Shown: positions 45,980 through 53,161 of the stretch, in pieces
How positions within the stretch are numbered: the first letter of the stretch is position 1
How the letters are laid out: each line of letters opens with the position of its first letter
Virus record (IMG/VR): IMGVR_UViG_3300023179_000009
Coordinates: 310,001-374,000 of that record
Length of the DNA: 64,000 nt
Direction: 5' to 3' (one strand)
Program-made: the position numbers and the translations under genes
Notes under the pieces: generated by a model
Databases searched by the model: none
Told to the model about the DNA's origin: nothing
Seen by the model: the letters and a program-made list of their open reading frames with translations, nothing else

Positions 45980-47405
45980 GTGCTGTCCCCCTCGACGGTT
46001 CGATTCCTTCAGGAGAACAAAATGGAGTTGCACATCTACCAGCTCGGGGGTCTCGACAACGACTCCCTGATCGGCATCGCTCACGACACGCACACGATGC
46101 GGTCGCTGATCGAACTGGCCGAACGCCGGGGTGCCACGGGCGTGAGCCTGCACGGCACCGTCCCGCACTTGCGGGAGAGCGTGAGCGGTGAGTTCACGCT
46201 GGACGAGGCCAAGCGGGAATACAACAGGGCCGTCGATGCGGTCAACGCCGTCATCATGGACGGCATCGACCCGGCGTTCGGGATGCAGCCCTGATACCAA
46301 CTAGGGGACTACAGGAACGGCCTGTAGTCCCCTAGTTGCGTTCCTGCCCCGGAGACTTCGCCATGATTTCTGAAGGGCCGAACGATCTTTTCATTGAAGA
46401 CGGCGAAAGCCTGTCCTCGATCATCGAACGGATCGGCAAGAAGTGGCCCGGTGCCACACTCGATCATTGCAAGATCGAGCACAACGACTGGTTCGAAAAA
46501 ATGATCGTGAAGTTGGTATCGCCTCAGTGATACCAACTAGGGGGACACGAGGACACAACTCGTGTCCCCCTAGGCTCGTTTTCCTCAACAACAGGAGCCT
46601 TCCCCATGAAGGTGCAAAAGAAAGTTTTCCGTTTCCACGCCAAGCGTGGGCAGCAGGATATGGTGATCGAACTGCTGCGGCAGTATGGTCAACCGTGGAC
46701 GACCACGAGCGCCGAGGGCATTCGTGTGTTCGTCGAGTTGCCCGAGGGCGTCAGCAAGCGGAGCGTCGATAAGATGCTGCGTGATGCTGGTGTGCCGGGT
46801 GCGGCATCATGCCGTAACGTCCCCATCGTGGACGTTGGATATGATGCCGGAAGGATGGAGCCTGCCCTTGAACGGCTCTATCGAGCCGGATACTTGAACC
46901 GAAAGGTCAAGATCTCGTGGGGCGGCACACGGGTCACCATCGGCTATCTTCGGGCAGAAGATTACTGCGACGGGCCGGGATTCGGCTTGTACGTAGACCC
47001 CGACAAAAAGATGAACGGCTACCAACTGCCGACATCGGCAGTTCAAGGAACACCGGGACAGAAACTGCCGTGGTGTTGATACCAACTAGGGGGACACAGG
47101 ACACAAGCCTGTGTCCCCCTAGGTTCGTTTCCCCTCCAACAAGAAAGATTCTTCACATGAAGAACTTCCTCAAGCTGCTCCTCTGCTCTGTTCTGGTCGG
47201 ATCGTGCTTCGCCGCCATCATCTGCGGCTACGTGATGGTCGGAACGGCCATGGGGTATTTCCACCCCAACTACGTTCCCGAAGCGGGTGAAACGCTTCTC
47301 GGTTTCTACGTCACGCTGTACACATGCAGCGTGGCCCCATTCCCGTTGCTGGTGCTGCTCATCAGTACCAGTACGGCCGTTGCGAGTGTGTTCGAGCATC
47401 GGTGA
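45980..47405 (+). other. Array cargo CDS (45980-46294, ~46363-46530, 46606-47079, 47157-47405 membrane protein)
   Basis: Each ends on a motif TGA. Confidence 0.75.
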
Positions 47406-47415
47406 TACCAACTAG

Positions 47416-47601
47416 AACACCACACGAGTGAACACCGTCTACGGCTGGTCATCCTCACCCCCTGCTTGCAGGCGTAGAGGGTGCCAAACCGGAAGCGTGG
47501 GCCGACATGCGGGTTCGATCCCCGTAGTCGTTTCCTGTCTGGTGCGGATCATAGGGGCTGATCGTAAATGCTCCGCCAGCCGTAGACGGCTTCACCTTGT
47601 T
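47416..47601 (+). ncRNA. Candidate structured RNA with a tRNA-like T arm
   Basis: 14-bp terminal stem 47435-47448/47576-47589; GCGGG-TTCGATC-CCCGT at 47509-47525. Confidence 0.5.
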
Positions 47602-47681
47602 AATACCAACTAGGTTGGTGTCGAGTGAGTCACAACGTGTGACACACTGACGTTCGGTAGGTTTCTTTCAGGAGGATCGCC

Positions 47682-48056
47682 ATGAGCAAGCCCAAGGTCA
47701 AGTCCGAGCCCGTCGCCCGCACCGCCAAGCCCAAGTCGGCCAAGCAGTTGGCCAAGCGGGCGGCGAACATCGCTGCCTGGGAAGCCCGCAACGCCGCCCT
47801 TCGGAACGGCACCTTCAAGGGCGTGGTCGAAAAGGCCGCTGAGGCGAAGGCCCGACACGTGGCCGAGCGGATGGCCGAGACGGAGAAGGCCCGCACGATG
47901 GTGGTGACCCACATGAGCCACCCGGTCTACGGCCAACGGCTCAGCCGTTTCCTCAACGGCAGCAAGGCCGACCCGAGGTTGCTGGCCAACGTGGTGATCC
48001 CCAACTGGATCAAGACGCAGGGTATCGTCGTCGATCACGTGCGACCCACCACGTGA
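47682..48056 (+). CDS. Basic Ala/Lys-rich hypothetical protein
   Basis: AGGAGG RBS, MSKPKVK start, high-GC codons. Confidence 0.75.
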   Translation: MSKPKVKSEPVARTAKPKSAKQLAKRAANIAAWEARNAALRNGTFKGVVEKAAEAKARHVAERMAETEKARTMVVTHMSHPVYGQRLSRFLNGSKADPRLLANVVIPNWIKTQGIVVDHVRPTT

Positions 48057-48306
48057 TCTGATACCAACTAGGGGGGTGTGAGTGATGCAAGTCGCTCACA
48101 CCCCCCAGCGGGTTGACGGCCCGCCATCCTGTCCCCGTCTCGACCCCTGAGTCATCCACACTCATACGCTTCGAGTGACTCAAGTCGGGGGATGGGATAA
48201 CTGGCCGTCGCCAGTCTTCCACCTAGTGATACCAACTAGGGTGGTGTCGAGTGAGTCACAACGTGTGACACACCGACGTTCGGTAGGTTTCTTTGGGAGT
48301 CATGCC

Positions 48307-48675
48307 ATGAGCAAGACGAAGAGCAAGGTCAAGCAGCCGGAGGCCGTGGTCGAGCAGCCGGTCGCCCCGGTCGAGACGAAGAGCATCGCTTGGCCGGTCG
48401 AGGCCGAGAAGGAACTGCTCTCCTCCGGTGGCTACATCAGCGGCGGTCGTTTCTATCTGCCGATGAATCGTGCGGCGGGTACGTGCGAGTACACGAGCAA
48501 GGCTGGTCGCACGGCGACCTACTGCATCTTCCGGGCCGACACGAACGGCTACAACTTGCTGCCCATCAGCAAGAGTGGCAAGGTCGCTCACAGCGACATC
48601 AAGCAGAACGGCAAGTACCTCAACGTGGGCTTCCGTGTCAGCAGCGAACGTGTCAGCAAGGTCGTGATGCGGTAG
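48307..48675 (+). CDS. Hypothetical protein; shares leader and N-terminal style with 47682
   Basis: GGGAG RBS, MSKTKSKVK start. Confidence 0.75.
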   Translation: MSKTKSKVKQPEAVVEQPVAPVETKSIAWPVEAEKELLSSGGYISGGRFYLPMNRAAGTCEYTSKAGRTATYCIFRADTNGYNLLPISKSGKVAHSDIKQNGKYLNVGFRVSSERVSKVVMR

Positions 48676-48735
48676 TGATACCAACTAGGGGGGAGCGTGG
48701 TGAAGAGCCACGCTCCCCCCGACTGTCGAACGGAG

Positions 48736-48770
48736 TGCCGCAGGGTCGAGCGATGACCCTGCGGCACTTT
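48736..48770 (+). terminator. Intrinsic terminator near the array end
   Basis: AGTGCCGCAGGGTC-N7-GACCCTGCGGCACT-TTT. Confidence 0.6.
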
Positions 48771-49098
48771 TCGAAACTCAGAAACTCTGAGTGATACCAA
48801 CTAGAGGGGTGGGTACCCTATGCCACTGCTGGCGGATACCGCACCACCCTATTGTTTATAACCCTTTAATTTTTTATTTTTATCTAATAGGGTTTTGTTT
48901 TTCAAGAACTCTGCGGCAAAAATTTCCGCCGCCGAATTTTTCTCACCCTCTATTAGGCTCAAAAAATTATTAAAAGCCGTTTTCTGTAAAAATCGCCGTT
49001 AAAAATTTTTGCAAGTACTACTATGATTATAATGAAGACTTAAAAGTATTTTATTTCGCTTTAAAATTTGTAAAATAATTAAAAATATAAGGACAATT

Positions 49099-50577
49099 AT
49101 GGATAAAAATACAAAAAAAAATACTAGTAATAACAAAAATAAAAAAGGTTTAGATTTTAGAACTTTATCTTTTTCTTTAGTTTCATTGGGGGGTTTCTAT
49201 AGAGATTACACTAAAGGACAAGTTCAACTTCCGTCTCATCAAAATCCCAGATTTTTAGCTGGGGGGTGGAACGATAGAAAAAAGAAAAAATGGATAAATC
49301 GAATTAAAAGAGTGGCAAGTGATAAGAATCTTCCATCAAATCAAAAAGCAATAGGGGGAGTTATAACAACATATCAAATTGAAAAGAACAACTCCCAAAA
49401 TATGTCTGGAAATATTCAAGAACCAAAATTCATCAATGACGGCGCACATAGGGCAATACACGCAATTAAGGATTATTTAGAAAAAACAAAACCAGACCTC
49501 AAATTAAAGAAAAAAAACTTGAAAAAATTCAACCAACAGCAAAAAAATTATGAAAAATTTTTAAGTATGTTAGATGAAGTTTTAATTGGAGAAGAGTTCA
49601 AACTTTACAAAGATGAAGATGCCGCCATGCAGGACTTTGTAAGCCTCAACACGGAAGGTTCTCGTGCCACGGCTTATGAAATTTTAACTGGTATAATGGA
49701 AGGAAAAATAGAAAAACACTGGGGTATTGGTAAAGATAAAATTCTTTCTTTAAAAGAAAGAATAGAAAATGTCACACCAGACAGATTGATCTTCTTGGGA
49801 TTTAAACCAAAAGATGTTGGGGCAATATTGATTGGAGATAGCGATGTTAAAAAGAAACAAAAACAAAACACCATAAGAGATAGTCGTGCTTCTTTTCTAA
49901 GATTTGTGAACAAAAATATTTTCCAATCACCTTATTTCGGAATTTCTAGAAGCCGTTTTTCAGACAATACTGGACGAGGGCAAAGCGGACATAAAAAAAT
50001 AGAACCAGAACTATTTGATTTTTTTAAAAATAATAGCTTGGACTATTGCTTACAACAAATTGAGAAATGGGAGTGTTTTGCTCAAGATGCTTTTGCTTTC
50101 TATAAGCAAATTTGTAAACAAAAAGAATTTCAAGAATTTGAAATAAATTATGATGAAAATGCTATTCGGTGGTGGTTTGCAGCATTTATTTATATAAATA
50201 ATAATAATTTAGGCATTGAATTTGCAAGAAAATTCACTGAGTCTTTTCTTATCAAGCAAAAAAACGGACAACAATTAACTTATACAAATAAAAAAGGACA
50301 AATAAAAGTATTAAATTTACAATTACAAAAATTTAATAATACTTATGTAACAAGTCTTGGTTTGGATGCTATAAACCTTGAAGAAAAATCAAACAAACCT
50401 TGTAGGAAAAAGCCAAATTTAAAACCAGTGGCTGGTTTTCATAATAGTCATATAAAAAGTTTTGCAAAACACGGAGAAGGCGAAACTGTGCCCGAAAACG
50501 CAATAGAAAACAGGGCACGAGGAGTAAAAGATATGACTGTGGTTGAAAAACAAAGAATTTTGTTTGCTAATGTGTAA
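49099..50577 (+). CDS. DUF262 (ParB/Srx-like) + C-terminal HNH-like protein, GmrSD/SspE-like architecture
   Basis: LPSHQ..R...W...KKWI, IGGVI, FINDGAHR; C-terminal HNSHIKSFAKHGEGETVPENAIENRARG. Confidence 0.55.
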   Translation: MDKNTKKNTSNNKNKKGLDFRTLSFSLVSLGGFYRDYTKGQVQLPSHQNPRFLAGGWNDRKKKKWINRIKRVASDKNLPSNQKAIGGVITTYQIEKNNSQNMSGNIQEPKFINDGAHRAIHAIKDYLEKTKPDLKLKKKNLKKFNQQQKNYEKFLSMLDEVLIGEEFKLYKDEDAAMQDFVSLNTEGSRATAYEILTGIMEGKIEKHWGIGKDKILSLKERIENVTPDRLIFLGFKPKDVGAILIGDSDVKKKQKQNTIRDSRASFLRFVNKNIFQSPYFGISRSRFSDNTGRGQSGHKKIEPELFDFFKNNSLDYCLQQIEKWECFAQDAFAFYKQICKQKEFQEFEINYDENAIRWWFAAFIYINNNNLGIEFARKFTESFLIKQKNGQQLTYTNKKGQIKVLNLQLQKFNNTYVTSLGLDAINLEEKSNKPCRKKPNLKPVAGFHNSHIKSFAKHGEGETVPENAIENRARGVKDMTVVEKQRILFANV

Positions 50578-50635
50578 GTTTATGTGTTATAGCACTTGTG
50601 TTTTAATGATTAAAACACAAGTGCTACATACTTGT

Positions 50636-50956
50636 ATGAAAAAATTCAAACAACACTTAATCGAACAAGGATTCTTTGGCAACATGCTCAATCGTGCCAA
50701 AGGAATTTTCGCTCCACAAACCGATCCGAAACAACCTAGAAATGGCGATTATTTAAAAATATTCAACCTCTATAAAGACAACGGAACATACTTGTTATCG
50801 TCTATGCTAGAAGGATATCTGCTTATTAATAAAGACGGTTCTGTGCATATACAATTTGATAATAATCACACTTCTAAATTAGCAAATAACCTACAACAGG
50901 CCAAACTTGAGCCAAACGGACCAAGAAGATGGAAGATTAATCGCTATATGCAATAA
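50636..50956 (+). CDS. Hypothetical protein with capsid-targeting-like N-terminus
   Basis: MKKFKQHLIE. Confidence 0.65.
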   Translation: MKKFKQHLIEQGFFGNMLNRAKGIFAPQTDPKQPRNGDYLKIFNLYKDNGTYLLSSMLEGYLLINKDGSVHIQFDNNHTSKLANNLQQAKLEPNGPRRWKINRYMQ

Positions 50957-51186
50957 ATACGATAACTTAATTAAAAAAGGTACAAACTCTATGATCTTTC
51001 TTGTTGTTTTCGTTGCTTCGTTACTTTACATCTTATATTCAAGAAAAAAACGATCTAATCAAATTCAATCTCAATTCGTTTTGGTTACCGGAGTCTTTTT
51101 AACAATCATGTATATCGTTTGCTTGTTGTCGGGCATATGCACTATATTGAATTTCATATGGGAATGGATGTTGTAGTTTTAATAAT

Positions 51187-51795
51187 ATGATGAGTTTCAA
51201 AGAATATATTCAAGAAGTATCCTTGTATCATGGCACACACGGTGAATTTGAGTTAAAACCCCACAAAGCAAGATACGGAACTGGCGTTAGTTTCACCACC
51301 AGCCCAGAGGTTGCAAGAAATTATGGTCTTGGACGATACAAAGGTGGCAAAAAATCAAACAATCCAGTTATAAAGACAATCAACTACAGTGGCACATCGT
51401 TTAATTTTTACGAACCTGTCCCAGAACGCATGGTTTCGCTTATAAAACAAAAATTAAATCCTTACCTCTCCGAGTTCACTCCTGATAAAAAAGATTTATT
51501 CTTAAAACAAATACAGGGCTTGTGGGCCTCTAGCGGCGAACGCTTCTACAAAGAAGTTCAAAGAAGTTTCGCTAAACGAGGAACTGATCGGGAATGTAAA
51601 TTAGCTAAAAGCCGAAACGACAATTTAGAAATTTGTCAAAAATGCAGTATTTTTGACCAAATGCCTGATTTATTAAATCAAATTTTGCTTGATATCGGCT
51701 ATGATTCGTTGTGCTACGACGACACGAACGACGGCGTTTCTCATAAATGTTATTTTTTAATGCATAGTGGCCAACAAACCGGCCAAAATAAGTAA
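51187..51795 (+). CDS. ADP-ribosyltransferase-fold protein
   Basis: LYHGT...YGTGVSFTTSPEVARNY; N-terminus MMSFKEYIQE. Confidence 0.55.
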   Translation: MMSFKEYIQEVSLYHGTHGEFELKPHKARYGTGVSFTTSPEVARNYGLGRYKGGKKSNNPVIKTINYSGTSFNFYEPVPERMVSLIKQKLNPYLSEFTPDKKDLFLKQIQGLWASSGERFYKEVQRSFAKRGTDRECKLAKSRNDNLEICQKCSIFDQMPDLLNQILLDIGYDSLCYDDTNDGVSHKCYFLMHSGQQTGQNK

Positions 51796-51864
51796 AAAGT
51801 ATTGCTTTTTCCAATATTCTAAGCGGCCAACAAAACGGCCAAAATCAATAATCAAATTTATCAT

Positions 51865-51872
51865 TATAAATA
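51865..51872 (+). promoter_or_regulatory. T4-type late promoter
   Basis: TATAAATA 5 nt before ATG 51878; same 8-mer at 21165 and 57163 (minus strand). Confidence 0.6.
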
Positions 51873-51877
51873 ATTTT

Positions 51878-53161
51878 ATGAGTGAAATAAAAGGCGAATA
51901 CTGGATAACAGACGGCTCTGTGGATTTTGCTGATGGCGATATTGGCGAATGGAACCATGAAGGCAAGGCTTTGCAGTATCTCGCATCAAAACATGTAGAC
52001 GATGTATTGAATATCGCTGCTGATTTGGGCGTTGAACTTGATCACCACAGAAGCGAAGAATACCCGGCTGGCGATATCGAAGAAATCAGAAAAAAACTCA
52101 CAAATGCTGTAGAAGATAAAGAGATCGAATGGAATCTTCCTGATGGTGTGGAGCCTTTACAAAGTGTAGATCATTATCTGCAACAATCTCTAGGAATCAG
52201 TGATGAAGAATATAGCACCATGATCGGATTTGGAGATCCTGGGTTGTATTGCATGGAACACGAAGGTTGGATTGCTGTTCGTAGTAACAATGTAGAGTTT
52301 TATGGTTTTGACAATAATAAAAAACAAGAAATTATTAAAGGTTTGGATGAAATATTAGAACAAGAGGGCATAGAAGACCCGGACGAAGAAATAGAACTGC
52401 ATTTATTTGATAAAAAAACAAAAAGAAGTTGGTATGCTACACTTGCAGAACTCAAGGGCGGTTCGGGCGTTCGACCAAATATACTACCCAATACCACGTA
52501 TAATAAACCCATCTTTATTCCAACGAATAACTCTGGCCCCAAAGGAAGCGAATCGCCACGATTCACCGATATTCAAACCCGTTACAATCAGAATACTAGC
52601 GAAAACGTTCACGAATCAAACAAACCACGCAAAGGTATGAAACGTCGCTGGAGCATAGGATATAAAATAAGCATCAATTGCAACCATCCACGAGGCTTTA
52701 GCCAAAAGAACTACTGCAAACGCCAACGGCGTGGGGGCAGGTATACCGAAAGCTTTAAAAATTGGCTAAAAAACAATTTGCAAGAAAACATTGCTACAAA
52801 TGTATTGTCTGGGTGGATGTCACCTTCAGGGCGTTTTTATCCATGTCAAAGATACATGTTTGACCATTTGAATGTGATACTAACCAACCCGGAACTTGAA
52901 AATTTCATGACGCCTGAATTTAAAGATGCTCTTGAAAAGTTAAATGTTGCAAAAGGATCAGATGATGATAATCTACACGATACTTTGGAGCAAATAGCCT
53001 ACAATCAAATGTACAAAAAAGGTTATTTGAGAGTTGCCCCAGAAGGCAACACAGTTCATTTTGAAGGAACTCCACAAAGTATTTTAAATTTGTATAATAA
53101 AGCCAAAGAAATAGCCTACCAGCACGATAAAAAGGCGGAGTTTCAAAGGGTCGTTTTATGA
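51878..53161 (+). CDS. Multi-module hypothetical protein (probable virion-associated)
   Basis: Repeated GW-containing modules; internal RRWSIGYKISINCNHPRGFSQKNYC module; internal ESFKNWL. Confidence 0.7.
   Translation: MSEIKGEYWITDGSVDFADGDIGEWNHEGKALQYLASKHVDDVLNIAADLGVELDHHRSEEYPAGDIEEIRKKLTNAVEDKEIEWNLPDGVEPLQSVDHYLQQSLGISDEEYSTMIGFGDPGLYCMEHEGWIAVRSNNVEFYGFDNNKKQEIIKGLDEILEQEGIEDPDEEIELHLFDKKTKRSWYATLAELKGGSGVRPNILPNTTYNKPIFIPTNNSGPKGSESPRFTDIQTRYNQNTSENVHESNKPRKGMKRRWSIGYKISINCNHPRGFSQKNYCKRQRRGGRYTESFKNWLKNNLQENIATNVLSGWMSPSGRFYPCQRYMFDHLNVILTNPELENFMTPEFKDALEKLNVAKGSDDDNLHDTLEQIAYNQMYKKGYLRVAPEGNTVHFEGTPQSILNLYNKAKEIAYQHDKKAEFQRVVL

Larger units (their letters stand above)
3924..48804 (+). 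repeat. Dispersed direct-repeat array of T(G/A)ATACCAACTAG (~85 copies) separating single-gene units
   Basis: 12-mer core starts (hand-located, including degenerate copies): 3924, 5415, 7318, 7572, 7747, 9748, 11445, 12702, 13355, 13729, 14321, 15439, 15790, 16210, 16571, 17521, 18179, 18811, 20133, 20413, 21626, 22350, 22975, 23832, 24342, 24773, 25089, 25906, 26792, 27208, 27811, 28035, 28308, 28767, 29285, 29575, 29861, 30609, 30839, 31446, 31724, 31964, 32533, 32865, 33384, 33741, 34492, 35122, 35642, 36000, 36389, 36756, 37192, 37453, 37710, 38191, 38448, 38979, 39472, 39852, 40201, 40355, 40949, 41222, 41602, 42128, 42424, 42758, 43006, 43314, 43699, 44148, 44442, 44720, 45008, 45324, 45944, 46293, 46529, 47078, 47404, 47602, 48060, 48228, 48677, 48793. 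Confidence 0.97.

Noticed and set aside
31753-48800. Numerous minus-strand ORFs starting MVS/MVL and plus-strand ORFs starting MIPT in the ORF track
   Set aside because: They begin at TTG/GTG triplets created by the motif or its reverse complement, lack an RBS and shadow real genes; these are artefacts.
3924-48804. CRISPR array or TIGR-type guide array
   Set aside because: The repeat is only 12-13 nt, intervals are gene-sized and highly variable (about 100-2000 bp), and no cas or tas gene is visible.
28767-48804. Classical integron attC sites
   Set aside because: AAC...GTT closure is present, but TACCAAC does not fit RYYYAAC, the bases after GTT are not RRRY, many copies lack a stem, and no IntI is in the window. 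Kept only as an analogy.
51769-51845. 21-nt direct repeat GGCCAACAAA(C/A)CGGCCAAAAT and the ORF-track start at 51767
   Set aside because: Only two copies with no evident function; the gene more plausibly starts at ATG 51878 after TATAAATA.
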